Origin: Williopsis jadinii
Lineage: Eukaryota
Reading direction: 5' to 3'
NCBI GenBank assembly: GCA_024346625.1
Contig: AP024664.1
Coordinates: forward strand, 434,001 to 498,000
Length of the DNA stretch: 64,000 nucleotides
The position numbers were made by a program, and so were the translations under genes. Position 1 is the first letter of the stretch. Every line of letters starts with the position of its first letter. The notes under the pieces were generated by a model. That model was not told the DNA's origin, ran no database searches, and saw nothing but the letters and a program-made list of their open reading frames with translations. Of the stretch, positions 53,128 to 64,000 are shown one piece after another.

Positions 53128-56100
53128 ATGTCCCGGATGGACGCCGAGAAGGTTCTGTTCAAAGAGATCCTACCTGTGAACGTCCAAGTACGGGGACTCA
53201 CTGTGGCTCCGAAGAGCTCCAAGAAGAAGAAGCAGAAGAAGGATAGGAGAGGCTTGCGAAAGAGGAGTGCCAGTGCGGGAAATGGGAAGGCCAATGTTGT
53301 AAGTCAGACCAAGGCTTTTGAAGACGGCTCCAATACAGAGGTTGAGTCAGTAGCCAGCAGCTCAGTTGGTGATAGAGTTATACTCCATGAGACCTCATTT
53401 GACCTGCCACAGGGTAAACTAATGGCCATCATTGGTGGTTCAGGTTCAGGGAAAACGACGATGCTTAACGTTCTGGCACAACGGTCCAATGCTGGCTCAT
53501 TACACCAAACAGGTGTTCTTCGTTACGGTGGTGGCAGTCTGGATACCGTTAGACACGCCTATGTTATACAACAAGACATCCTATCACCAATGCTGACAAC
53601 AAGGGAGACGTTACAGTTCGCCATAGAGTTGAGGCTGCCAGATAGCCATTCCAAAGAGGAGAGATTGGCACTGGTTGAGGAGGTGATACTGGAGCTGGGA
53701 TTGAAAGATTGTGCGGATACCATGGTTGGTGATTCAACGCACAAGGGACTCTCAGGTGGTGAGAAGAGAAGGCTAAGCATTGGAATTCAAATCTTGTCGA
53801 ATCCCTCTTTACTGTTTCTGGATGAACCTACGACTGGCCTGGATGCCTATTCGGCCTTTCTACTCATAATGTCCCTGAAGAAACTCACGGAGAGAGGCCG
53901 TACCATCATCATTAGCATTCATCAGCCAAGATCGGACATATTCTTTCTGTTTGATTATCTGTGTATACTATCAAGAGGACAGACGGTATACGCAGGCTCT
54001 ATCCACAATGTGCTGCCATACTTTGCAAGCCTGGGGTATACAGTTCCAGAGGATGTCAATCCAAGCGATTTCCTTATAGATATTACTGCAGTGGATGCTC
54101 GTTCTACAGCTTCAGAGAAGAAAGGATTGGAGAGGTTACAGATGTTTGCAGCCCATTGGAGACGCTACTCGCAAACCATGTTACAACCATTGGAAGGTGG
54201 TGATACTGATAGCGATGAATGTGATTACGATAATGACGATAACAATAATGCCCACACGCGTCCTACGGTGATACGCCAGAGAATACCACTACTGAGAGAA
54301 ATATTCATCCTCTACAAGAGAACCATGCTACTGACGACAAGAGACACTGCAACACTAGCAGCGTTGTTTTCTGAATCCATCATCATGGGTATAATATGTG
54401 GGTGGGTCTATTACCAGCCGGCTGGTGATCTGGCAGGCATCAGAACAATATCAGCAGCTATATACTCCTCATGTGCGCTCCAAGGCTATCTGATGCTCTT
54501 GTTTGAGGTATACAGACTATGCTCGACTGACATCAAGATCTTTGACCGTGAAAGAGCAGACCACTGTGTTTCTATAGCTGGGTTTTTGATATCACGTCGC
54601 ATGGCTAAACTGTTCACAGAGGACGTCCCTATATCCTTTCTCTTTGCAGTGATCACCTACTTCATGTACGGATTACAGAGCAGTGCGTCGAAGTTCTTCA
54701 TATATTGGACCGGGATCTTCTTGTCTCATCTGGCTTCAATGACAGGCGCAGTGTTCGCAGTTGCTATATCGAGGAAGTACGCTCAGGCAAGTCTTGTTTC
54801 CAACATGAATTACACCCTACAGAGTTTTGCTTGTGGATTCTTTGTCAATACACAGTCCATCCCAGTGTATACGAGATGGACCAAGTATATTGCATACCTC
54901 TGGTATGCATTTGGTGCGATGATGGTTAACCAGTTCTCAGGCTACAGTGGTGATTGTCCATACCAGGACCAAGACTCGACACAGTGTCAAATGTATCAAG
55001 GTGAATATATAATTGCCAGCTATAACTTTGACCTTCCTCATTGGATTGTGATACCTCTGTTTGTTGTTTTGGCATGGTCGATATTGTTTTACGTTGCTGC
55101 TGCTCTGCTGTTGAAGTTAAACCCTGTGGATGTATCCCTAACCAAGCAGCTCAAACAAGGGTCTGCAAGTAGAGAACTAGAGGAAATTGAGCAGACCAAG
55201 ACTGACTCAGGAGAACCAATCGATATAACGTTGAACAACATATACCTCAGCGTAACCCTCAGGAAGAAGTTCACCAAGATGGAGAAGGTGATTCTTCATG
55301 GAATCAACGCAACGTTCAAGAGTGGTAGAATCAACGCTATACTGGGACCCTCTGGATCTGGCAAATCGTCGCTACTGAATCTGATAGCCGGAAGAACACT
55401 ATCAGGTCTATTAAACAGGTACTCATCTAGTGGTGATATCATGTTCAACGAGCTGAAAGTCTCCACTGACATGATGAATTCTCTGTGCTCCTATGTTTCG
55501 CAAGAAGATGACCACTTACTGGCTTCTCTTAGTGTTCGGGAGACCCTTGTGATGGCTGCTGATCTCAGACTGAGACACCTGGACAAACAGCAACGTTCCG
55601 GAGTCGTCGATGGTATCATTGCCAAACTCGGACTGAGAGGTTGTGCCAACACCCTCATAGGGTCAGAGTTCAAGAAGGGTATCAGTGGTGGTGAAAAGCG
55701 TCGTGTTGCAATTGGAATTCAGCTGCTCAACAACCCCAAAGTGCTGTTCCTGGATGAACCTACTTCAGGGCTGGACTCCTTTACAGCCTCCACCATCCTT
55801 GAGATTCTAAACAACTTGGCCAGTGAAGGTAAGACGATCATTATCACCATCCATCAGCCTCGCCTGGACCTTTTCAACAAGTTTGGAGAGATACTGTTGC
55901 TTGCTAAAGGTGGTAGCGTGGCATACAACGGACCACAGAGTACAATCATGGACTATTTCCAGTCCCTGGGGTACCCGTGTCCAAGGCTGACCAATTGTGC
56001 TGATCACATCTTGGACCTGATCTCGGTTAATAACCAAAGCATGGAACAGGAGCTGGACTCCAAGAGCAGAATCAACTCTCTGTTGAAGGCATGGGAACAA

Positions 56101-57054
56101 CGGTCAACATCACATAGCTACACGGCTCCAATGACCTCCAACGAACAGTTCAAGCACAGGTTTGGTGAATTCATCCGTCAACCGTGTGCCTTTGTTCCAG
56201 CTTTGATCTCGTGTTTCCATCAACAGTTACTAACCACTGTACGTAATACTGATATTCTAATGGCCAAGATCATGAACCCTATGGGTGTCGGAATAGTGGT
56301 TGCTCTATGGATGGCTCCCTTGAAGGACTCATACGAAGGCATCCAGGATAGGCTTGGTTGTATTCAGCAAGTCACTGCTCTTTACTTCTGCGGTATGTTG
56401 AATAACCTCGCTGCCTATCCTCAACAGAGAAACTACTTCTATCATGAGCATGCTGATAGGGTCCATGGAATACTGCCCTTCTTCCTTGCTTATACATTGT
56501 TAGAGATACCTATGGATGCTCTCGGTGCCATGATCGCTGCTGCGTTCTTTGGACCAATCACAGGCCTACCAAGAACAGCAGAGATGTATTTTGCACTAGC
56601 ATATTGCATCTTCATCATCATATTCTGTGGTGAATCCCTAGGTATCGCTACGAATACATTATTTGATGATGCTGGCTTTGCAGTTAACTCTGTGAGTATC
56701 CTGTTGTCCATTGGTACGTTCATGGGTGGTATCATGTCGCTAGACATGGATAGCGTTCTCAAAGGGATCAACTACATCTCGCCTTTGAAGTATACCACCA
56801 TGATTCTCGTTAACATGGGATTCCCATCGTCAGTCGAATTCAGATGTCCAGAAGAACAGCTCATCAATGATCCTAATTGTATCATTGGTAATGGTACTTA
56901 CATCTTACAGGAGTATGGCCTATTGGCATCATACACCTATGCCTTTGGTGTCCTGGTAGCTGTTGCCCTTGTGTATAGATTCATTGCTTATGTGCTTTTG
57001 AGGTTAAAATTGTTGAAGATAAGCCTTGGTGTATTCAACAAGAAACATGCGTGA
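53128..57054 (+). CDS. Full-size ABCG-type transporter (NBD-TMD)2, YOL075C-like
   Basis: Two Walker A motifs (GGSGSGKT, GPSGSGKS), two signatures (LSGGEKRR, ISGGEKRR), two LFLDEP, HQPR, two TMDs. Confidence 0.92.
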   Translation: MSRMDAEKVLFKEILPVNVQVRGLTVAPKSSKKKKQKKDRRGLRKRSASAGNGKANVVSQTKAFEDGSNTEVESVASSSVGDRVILHETSFDLPQGKLMAIIGGSGSGKTTMLNVLAQRSNAGSLHQTGVLRYGGGSLDTVRHAYVIQQDILSPMLTTRETLQFAIELRLPDSHSKEERLALVEEVILELGLKDCADTMVGDSTHKGLSGGEKRRLSIGIQILSNPSLLFLDEPTTGLDAYSAFLLIMSLKKLTERGRTIIISIHQPRSDIFFLFDYLCILSRGQTVYAGSIHNVLPYFASLGYTVPEDVNPSDFLIDITAVDARSTASEKKGLERLQMFAAHWRRYSQTMLQPLEGGDTDSDECDYDNDDNNNAHTRPTVIRQRIPLLREIFILYKRTMLLTTRDTATLAALFSESIIMGIICGWVYYQPAGDLAGIRTISAAIYSSCALQGYLMLLFEVYRLCSTDIKIFDRERADHCVSIAGFLISRRMAKLFTEDVPISFLFAVITYFMYGLQSSASKFFIYWTGIFLSHLASMTGAVFAVAISRKYAQASLVSNMNYTLQSFACGFFVNTQSIPVYTRWTKYIAYLWYAFGAMMVNQFSGYSGDCPYQDQDSTQCQMYQGEYIIASYNFDLPHWIVIPLFVVLAWSILFYVAAALLLKLNPVDVSLTKQLKQGSASRELEEIEQTKTDSGEPIDITLNNIYLSVTLRKKFTKMEKVILHGINATFKSGRINAILGPSGSGKSSLLNLIAGRTLSGLLNRYSSSGDIMFNELKVSTDMMNSLCSYVSQEDDHLLASLSVRETLVMAADLRLRHLDKQQRSGVVDGIIAKLGLRGCANTLIGSEFKKGISGGEKRRVAIGIQLLNNPKVLFLDEPTSGLDSFTASTILEILNNLASEGKTIIITIHQPRLDLFNKFGEILLLAKGGSVAYNGPQSTIMDYFQSLGYPCPRLTNCADHILDLISVNNQSMEQELDSKSRINSLLKAWEQRSTSHSYTAPMTSNEQFKHRFGEFIRQPCAFVPALISCFHQQLLTTVRNTDILMAKIMNPMGVGIVVALWMAPLKDSYEGIQDRLGCIQQVTALYFCGMLNNLAAYPQQRNYFYHEHADRVHGILPFFLAYTLLEIPMDALGAMIAAAFFGPITGLPRTAEMYFALAYCIFIIIFCGESLGIATNTLFDDAGFAVNSVSILLSIGTFMGGIMSLDMDSVLKGINYISPLKYTTMILVNMGFPSSVEFRCPEEQLINDPNCIIGNGTYILQEYGLLASYTYAFGVLVAVALVYRFIAYVLLRLKLLKISLGVFNKKHA

Positions 57055-57386
57055 GCTTCAAATCTCCATATTCATATACACACATTCATTGCTCAAAGCT
57101 TACAAACTCTACATCGATTCCAATGACTTAATATTAATGATAATTAGTTTCATCCAATTATAACCCATTGATAAAATATTTATGTATATTTCCCTGCAAA
57201 AGTATCCCATGATGTGTTTGATTGTTTGATATGTGATGTAATATTGTCTCATAATTGTAGTTAATAGCATATAGAATCTGAAGTTGTTGAACTACTGCTT
57301 AGCAATAGTATCGTCTTTGAACGACATCGTGTGTATGATCAAAAAAATGTTCCTTGATGAGATATAGGGATCCTGATCGATAGTGT

Positions 57387-59858
57387 TTATATCTTCTGAG
57401 CGTTTTCCAATTTCTTCTTTAGAGTCGCCAATCTGTTTGATATACTTTCAATATACTTTTCAACCATTTCCCTATCAGTTTCCTCCAATTTTTCATTGCC
57501 CTCCTCTTGATCGAGTAAAGCCTCCAACATCCAAATACTGGTGGAATAAGCCAGCTCACAGCCCAGCAGGTCAGTTCCATTGATTTCAGATTTGGCGGTG
57601 TTTTTGGCAATCTCCAAAGCTCTGTCATAAATTAAACGTTCTGCATAGATCTTCTCATCTTTAAGGTCAGGGTTAGTCTCCCTCAATTTTTTATTGGCTT
57701 CTTGCAACTTCAGCTTCACAAACTCCGCCTTCCCCAGGACTTCGTTGAATCGTTCTCTTATCCATTGAACAATCTCATTCAGACGTTGTGACGGGTTATT
57801 GGAATTGTTGTGCCACCATTCGGACGCAATGTTCATAGCCTTTGCTAATAACGACAGCGTTTTAACATATAGAAGAACAGCTTCATCAGCCAGTTGCTTG
57901 ACAACCTCAGGTGGCAAATGGTTCAGGTAATCTGCCGGATCTTCATCTTCTTCTTCAATAGCATACGAGTTTGCTGATGGTGGTGATGGGATCAACTGTG
58001 AGAACTTGACCTCTGCGTACAAGTTGACGACATGGGCCTTTGTGGCTAAAGACTCAAGTTGTGAAACGATATCATCACCGCCTTGTGTCTTGAAGTTGTT
58101 ATAGTTAATGATGTGGTTTGTTGAATTCAAGATGATGTTGTTTGTGAAGGAGTTGTTCGAACTGTTGATGTTTGAAAGTGCACTTCCGGTAGAATGTGTC
58201 GCTGTAGTACTCTGATTACCAAACAACCTTGTTGATGCCAACCCCAACGCCTTCGATAATGCATTTGTTGGTGAGATTGAGATGGAAGTACGACGATCAA
58301 ATGAAGGTCTTCTGCCGTTTGAGGATCCTCCAGAGGATCCACGAGATGAGCGACGACGCTGAGTTGTGTAATACTGGTTTGGCAGGGCAATCGCACCTGC
58401 GCCGCTACCAGCGTTAGCCAACTCATCAGCCAGAGCATTCACTTCAACGGCGGTTTTTTCAACGACAACGTATTCCTTCTCAACAACCAGGTCAGATGAT
58501 TGTAATTTAGAAAGTCTGAAAGGTGCTGTCTTCACCGCAGGCACTTGCGTGTTTAGTGAGCGACGCGTGGTCTGTTGTCCTGAGATTGGTTGAATATCAC
58601 GTGTGGAAATCTGTTTGACTGTAGGAACTGGGGTAGTAGCCTTAGAAGTTGAGTTATGTGTCTGTGTTTGTTCATGCTGTACAGTTGTTGGAGATGGTGA
58701 TTTACTAACCCTAGGCGTTATATCTGCCACGTTATTCACTTCTTGTTGCTGTGTATCATCTTCTTCTCTTTCCTCCAGGGCTTCCTCAGGTTGGTCCACT
58801 TTGTTATCAATAATTGCACCGTTACCGATGTATTCAGATATAAACAAGTTTTCATTAACCTGTGAAGGTTCTAAGCTTATATCCTTGTCAACTCCATCCA
58901 ATAGTAGATTCAAATCGTAATTGACAATGTCATTTTCAAAGAATTCCTGGAACCCCATTCTCTCTGTTGGTTCAAATCTCAACAAGGAACAGATTAACTT
59001 CTTGATCCCAGGGTCTATTGAATCCGCTACCGCAGTTGGGAAGTGTATTCTGTTCTTGGACTTCTTAATCTTGTTGAATAACTCCAAGTGGTTTGAAGCT
59101 CTGAAAGGAGGTCTTCCGACGCTCATCTCGTACAAGACTGCACCCACTGACCATAAATCTGCCTTTGCCGTATACTTCTGATAGTTCAATATCTCTGGAG
59201 CCATGTACAAAGGAGACCCGCATAGTGTTTCAGCCAAAGAAGTGTTTGGCAAGAATCTTGCAAATCCAAAGTCTGCAATCCTCAAGATGGGCAGTTCCGG
59301 CAATCCAACAAATCCACGTTCTTCGAATACCTCTTGTTCGAAAACTGGAGGCGCAAGTAGCAAATTTTGGGGCTTGATATCTCTATGAACCAAGTTCTTA
59401 GATCTCAAAAACTCCAAAGCCGACGAGAGCTGCTTCAAATAATTCAGGACCAATATCTTGTTCAACCCGTTCGAGTTCTCCGGAGAGGGGTACTTGTTGA
59501 ACATCGTTTTAACCAACGGATGCTTCTGTATTAGCTGGTCCTTTTTCCTAATGAAAAAGGACAAATCTCCCAAAGAGCAGTACTCCATAATCAAATGGAA
59601 ATGTGTTTCAGTTTGCTGGTAGTCCAACAGCTTCACAATATGCGGATGTTTCAAGTCCTTTAGGATCGAAATCTCAATCTCCAAGTTCTCAAGGAGCTTC
59701 TTGTTCTTCAACAAGGATCTCACAACCGACTTGATGGCCACAGGGGTCCGCGTGTCCACATTCACCCCCTTGTAGACGCTAGCAAAGCTCCCGCGGCCAA
59801 TCTCAGAGCCAACTTTGTATTGGCCAATCACCTTCACGTCGCTCTGTGGAGGCGACAT
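57387..59858 (-). CDS. ATG1: Autophagy kinase Atg1
   Basis: EIGRGSFASVYKG, LVHRDIKPQNLLL, ETLCGSPLYMAPE, EKEYVVVEK..VEVNALADE, and a C-terminal tandem MIT/EAT region. Confidence 0.96.
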   Translation of the reverse strand: MSPPQSDVKVIGQYKVGSEIGRGSFASVYKGVNVDTRTPVAIKSVVRSLLKNKKLLENLEIEISILKDLKHPHIVKLLDYQQTETHFHLIMEYCSLGDLSFFIRKKDQLIQKHPLVKTMFNKYPSPENSNGLNKILVLNYLKQLSSALEFLRSKNLVHRDIKPQNLLLAPPVFEQEVFEERGFVGLPELPILRIADFGFARFLPNTSLAETLCGSPLYMAPEILNYQKYTAKADLWSVGAVLYEMSVGRPPFRASNHLELFNKIKKSKNRIHFPTAVADSIDPGIKKLICSLLRFEPTERMGFQEFFENDIVNYDLNLLLDGVDKDISLEPSQVNENLFISEYIGNGAIIDNKVDQPEEALEEREEDDTQQQEVNNVADITPRVSKSPSPTTVQHEQTQTHNSTSKATTPVPTVKQISTRDIQPISGQQTTRRSLNTQVPAVKTAPFRLSKLQSSDLVVEKEYVVVEKTAVEVNALADELANAGSGAGAIALPNQYYTTQRRRSSRGSSGGSSNGRRPSFDRRTSISISPTNALSKALGLASTRLFGNQSTTATHSTGSALSNINSSNNSFTNNIILNSTNHIINYNNFKTQGGDDIVSQLESLATKAHVVNLYAEVKFSQLIPSPPSANSYAIEEEDEDPADYLNHLPPEVVKQLADEAVLLYVKTLSLLAKAMNIASEWWHNNSNNPSQRLNEIVQWIRERFNEVLGKAEFVKLKLQEANKKLRETNPDLKDEKIYAERLIYDRALEIAKNTAKSEINGTDLLGCELAYSTSIWMLEALLDQEEGNEKLEETDREMVEKYIESISNRLATLKKKLENAQKI

Positions 59859-61008
59859 GGCGTGTTATATCGGTAGAATGAGCAGTGGTTGTGTTGTATA
59901 GAAAGTGTGCGGTGCAGTAGGCTTCAAAGTCCCAGGAACCGCCGTGCCAGATGGTTAGGCTTGCCACTGCTTTATACCCCTTTGTGCGGAAGAAGCTCTT
60001 CAGTTGTTGATGTATCAGAGATGGTGGCGCTTAGCTTCACAACCAACGGAACCAGCCAATCAAACCACGCAATAGAACCCAGCAGTCACCCAGTGCTTCA
60101 GCCAGCTTCAATAAACGTTTCCAGAGCCAGAGACACGAGGATTCAGCAGCCTTTGCTATCCCTTTTTATCCCTTTCGATGTTGTTGTGGATGTTGTTGTT
60201 GTTTTCGTTTTTCGCTTTTCGCTTTTCGCCTTTTGGCGTTTTCGTTTATCGCTTTCCTTTCCTAGCACGCCCTTTTCCCATGAAAATTGACGCGATAACC
60301 AACAGTGGCGTAAAAGGAAATCCGCAACACGATACTTCGATACGCTTCAAACGTGAAACCCTTGAAGCAAACACACGGTGCTTTCGACGTTGCGATGTTC
60401 CAATTGGTAACTGGTGCTTCGGACAAGGTGTGCCGTGGTAAGTTTCCCTATACAAGCCTGTTATTCGATGCTATAGGGGCTGGACCGGTTCAGACGTTAA
60501 CCACCTATTTATTATAGGGCTATTTGTAAGCTTTACAAGACGGAGCGTGAAACAGACGGAAAAGAGAGGGAGAGGGAGGGAAAAAGAGGAGGCAAGATAT
60601 TTTCAACCAAGACGAGCTCTGACTCACAGGATCATCCGTAAGGCTCCCTTAAAAAGTGTGTCTTATTGCTAAAAAATTGCGTATGATAAAACCGGAATGT
60701 GTCACCCAACCACCGATAAGGAAATCCCACATTGGGAATCGCAATTAAACTTTAAAAAAGATGTCGATGACGTTATTTCCAGATTTCTTTCTTGGAGTGG
60801 ACGGAAGGGGTAATGAATTCCGACACAAGGACGTGTATTCCGATGCTGCATAATCACACGAGGATTTGGTGTCCGGGTGTAGGAGGCGGCAGCCTTCCCT
60901 GTTGTCGGTTATAGTAAAAGCCACATTCAACTTCCACACCGAGAGGGTCTTCAGCGAGGAAAGAGACCCATTGCTAGGCAAGAGGCTCAAGAGAAACAGG
61001 ATAACGCA

Positions 61009-62748
61009 ATGAGCTTGAAGCTAGACGTTGGCTACCCGCTGTACGGCGCAGCCTTTGCCACGGACCACTCGTTGGTCGTCACAGGTGGTGGTGGTGAGGG
61101 AAACAATGGGATCGCCAATAAGATGTCGAGCGTCGGTATCAAACAGGATAAGTTGATTGTTACTGACGACTACGAATTCGCCGGAGTGAACGACTCGCCA
61201 ACGGCGCTGGCGTTGGAGAAGGGTACTCTGCTGGTGTCGCTGAATGCTGCATCCTCAAAGCTGAAACAGGGCGAGAATGACCACCTGAAGAAGTACAAGT
61301 TCAATGCCGATGAGGAGCACAACTTTGAGTTGATCAAGGCGGTGAACTTGTTACAGTCAAAGGACCCTCTTGACTACATTAAGGCCATTGTCTTGTCAAA
61401 GGATGCGTCCATGGCGCTGGTTCTCAACGCCACAACCCCGCCATCTTTGAAATTGATAGATGTTGACACCATGGAGGTTAAGCAGGTCCTTTCCAAAGAT
61501 GAGGAGGATGAAATTAGAGACATTGCGATAAGCCCTTCAGGTAACGCCGTGGCATACATCACTGAAAAGAAATTGGTACTTTACAACTTGGCAACAAAGG
61601 AATCATGGGAACATGAACGTTTCACTTCAAACTATCTCTTGACCAAAGTGGAACTGATTGAAGATGAGGCCGCAATAATCGGTATCAACCTCAAGAACAA
61701 GGCTGGTATATTGCTTCTGGAATCAAGAGTGGTCTTTGAGGATCAAGGTCTTAAGCCAAGAAGAATCTTAAAGACCAAAAAGGCTAGAGTTATCACCGAT
61801 AAAGTGACAAAGATAACTGCCCTTGACGTCTCTTTATCGGGTCAGATCGTTGCCATTGCTGGCAACGATAACTCTATAACCATTGCTGATCTGGATGACT
61901 TTTCAACTTGTAAACGTTATCCAAAGGTTCACACGTTTGCTATCACCAAGATTACTGTCTCTCCAAACGGCGAGTATGTTGCTTCTGTGAGTGCTGCCTC
62001 GACAATATCTGTGATTAAACTGCCATCGAATATAAGAGCCAAGTATACCTTGTTGAAATGGGCTGCTGTCATTCTTATCATCTCATTCGTTGTTAACTTC
62101 ATCAGACAGAACATCACAGACGAACAGTTTAACACTTTCAACAGATTTATGCATGACTTGTTTGACGATGGTAGCTATACACCAGAGGAATTTGAGGCCT
62201 TGAGATCCTCTTTATCCTCGCAACAGGCTGCAATTACAGAAACTGGATCCATTGGTGATGCAGCTGAAACTGCGTTTGCAGCTGCTGGTATTGTATTACC
62301 AAGAGAGAGCACTGTATCATTTGAGTCTTCTCTGGAACCGGGCTTGGAGTTTGACATTGAAGGCGACGTCCAAACTGCGTTTGCCGTTCATGTAATTGAC
62401 TCTGGTGTTTATGATTACAGCATTGTTCAAAATGAGGGAGAGGCAAATGAACAAGTTACTGAAGAAGCAACCGAGGAGGTTACTGAAGATGCTCCTCAAG
62501 AAGGTGCTGAACCAGTTGTTGAAGATGAAGAACAAGAAACTGTCACTTTAACCACCACTGAAACTGTTGTTGAAACCATTGAAGAACTGGATGTGGAAGC
62601 TGATGGAGAAATTCCAATTGCTGAAACTACTGTTGAGACATCTGAGACAACTGAAACAACTACGGAGATTCTTATCGAGACCAAGACTGTTATTGAGGAA
62701 GGTGATATCGTTAAAGTCGTTGAAGAATCACATGTTGTTAGTGCATGA
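61009..62748 (+). CDS. SEC12: Sar1 GEF Sec12/Sed4 family: beta-propeller, TM, acidic luminal tail
   Basis: DVGYPLYGA, TGGGGEGNNGI.NK (K loop), NDSPT, VH.FAIT, SVSAA.TI. Adjacent to RAD18, like SED4 in S. cerevisiae. Confidence 0.88.
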   Translation: MSLKLDVGYPLYGAAFATDHSLVVTGGGGEGNNGIANKMSSVGIKQDKLIVTDDYEFAGVNDSPTALALEKGTLLVSLNAASSKLKQGENDHLKKYKFNADEEHNFELIKAVNLLQSKDPLDYIKAIVLSKDASMALVLNATTPPSLKLIDVDTMEVKQVLSKDEEDEIRDIAISPSGNAVAYITEKKLVLYNLATKESWEHERFTSNYLLTKVELIEDEAAIIGINLKNKAGILLLESRVVFEDQGLKPRRILKTKKARVITDKVTKITALDVSLSGQIVAIAGNDNSITIADLDDFSTCKRYPKVHTFAITKITVSPNGEYVASVSAASTISVIKLPSNIRAKYTLLKWAAVILIISFVVNFIRQNITDEQFNTFNRFMHDLFDDGSYTPEEFEALRSSLSSQQAAITETGSIGDAAETAFAAAGIVLPRESTVSFESSLEPGLEFDIEGDVQTAFAVHVIDSGVYDYSIVQNEGEANEQVTEEATEEVTEDAPQEGAEPVVEDEEQETVTLTTTETVVETIEELDVEADGEIPIAETTVETSETTETTTEILIETKTVIEEGDIVKVVEESHVVSA

Positions 62749-62791
62749 TTCAAGTATATATGTATATGCCATAAATCTTCCAATAATGTAT

Positions 62792-63880
62792 CTAATCTGC
62801 GAATACTCTTTCATGGTCTGTAGATTCTTGAGTTGATGCTTGTATACTGCAATTCTGTGGTTGTGCAGATGTAATCAGATTACTATCATCTTCTTCGTTG
62901 GTACTCATGATATCTATGCTTTCAACCTGTGCATCATCCTGCTCCTCTCTTGTCTTCATCTTGCTATTTCTCGCTTGTTTAATCAAATCACTCCAACCTT
63001 TCTTATCCAATTGTCTATCATGATCATCCTTTCTGAACTTGAGAGATGACTCCCATTGCGCCAATTGCCTTCTCAAAACTTTGGGATCCTTTGGCACTAT
63101 CGAGTCACAGTTTGCATTCCACAAGATGAGGTATTCGTTGTATCGTGACTCCAGCTGGTTTCTGTTACCATTGGTCGGTAGTTCTAATTTTGCCAGCTTT
63201 TGCTTCAGAGTGGTGTTTGATAGCGAGCTAAAGTCTAACTTGGTCAGTTTCTGGTATGAATGTTCCGACTCTTTCGGCACTATGCTATCTTTGTCTTGCT
63301 CTAGAAGAGGCGTATTGAGGCACAGATCAATGTGCTCACTTTCAAGGACACGGATGGGGAACTGCTTAGCACAGATGGGACATGTACCCAATGGGCCAAC
63401 CTTTGGAGGGGTCTTTTTCCTCTTGAACAGGGATTCCAACCCTCCCTGGCCAACAGCTCTCCTCTTCTTTGTCTCTGAGACAATCTCCAACTCATCATCA
63501 ACCTCGACGTTATCGTCAATTTCAATAACTTCACAACTGCCACGACGTTGCCTATCATCAACCTTGCTTTCAACCGTCAGCTTCTCCAACAGGTCATCTC
63601 TAAGCGTCTTGAAGCATATAACCACCTGCTCAAGCAGCACATTCCTCTGAAGATTCGCCTCGCGTATCTCTTTGGAGCAGATCGGGCATTTGGCCGTGTG
63701 GATCAAGTACTTCCTTATACACACAGAGCAATAGCTGTGTCCACAGGTAGTTAATACCGGAGCTGTTTGGTACTCTTTACAGATGTGGCAGCGCAGCAGG
63801 GAGTCAAACTCAACGAGGCGAGGCTCTGAGCAGTGGGCAAAGTCTGAAGGATCTGACACAGTTGGTACGAATGAACTCAT
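62792..63880 (-). CDS. RAD18: RING E3 ligase Rad18 (RING, UBZ, SAP)
   Basis: SDPSDF, LRCHICKE..APVLTTCGHSYCSVCIR..CPIC, UBZ CPIC...HIDLCL, SAP-like region, LWNANCDS. ATG at 63880. Confidence 0.95.
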   Translation of the reverse strand: MSSFVPTVSDPSDFAHCSEPRLVEFDSLLRCHICKEYQTAPVLTTCGHSYCSVCIRKYLIHTAKCPICSKEIREANLQRNVLLEQVVICFKTLRDDLLEKLTVESKVDDRQRRGSCEVIEIDDNVEVDDELEIVSETKKRRAVGQGGLESLFKRKKTPPKVGPLGTCPICAKQFPIRVLESEHIDLCLNTPLLEQDKDSIVPKESEHSYQKLTKLDFSSLSNTTLKQKLAKLELPTNGNRNQLESRYNEYLILWNANCDSIVPKDPKVLRRQLAQWESSLKFRKDDHDRQLDKKGWSDLIKQARNSKMKTREEQDDAQVESIDIMSTNEEDDSNLITSAQPQNCSIQASTQESTDHERVFAD

Positions 63881-64000
63881 TTGCAGGTCCAGTTGGGGTT
63901 GTTGATACTGGCTGATGTTGACCGTAAGAGGCAAAACAGGTAAAATTCCTCTGCCTAGCCCAGACAATCTCCGCCTAGCGCAGCTCAAGTTTCTCCGCCT

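Overview
Budding-yeast (Saccharomycotina) nuclear DNA. It has short GT-AG introns with TACTAAC-type branch points, and CTG sits at conserved Leu positions (e.g. Ade13 RKLW), so the code is standard rather than CUG-Ser. I call 25 intact protein genes. In order: a Sur7/Fmp45-family tetraspan with a ~1,100-aa hydrophilic tail (possible FMP45-HBT1-type fusion); YJU3 and a catalytically dead YJU3 paralog, with a YJU3 pseudogene between them; a head-to-head pair of small Candida-type Cdc13 OB-fold genes; ATG33/SCM4; an FMP48-like kinase; RCK2; a WDR83-like gene; MID2/MTL1; ADE13; an MCO32-like gene; NUP2; RPS25; a POM33-family gene; an MFS permease; AIM45; YFH7; a CorA-family gene; ARC40; DAD3; a full-size ABCG transporter; ATG1; SEC12; RAD18. 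A non-coding host transcript carries snR57, snR55 and snR61 in three introns separated by 1-3 nt micro-exons. Its snR57 carries a second, U79-like guide. A ~2.6-2.9 kb dispersed repeat, apparently a dead F-box/LRR gene with an internal minisatellite and an AT-rich island, occurs at 12.8-15.7 kb and 42.3-44.9 kb, with a third partial copy. Gene and snoRNA names come from recalled motifs and gene order; no database search was run.
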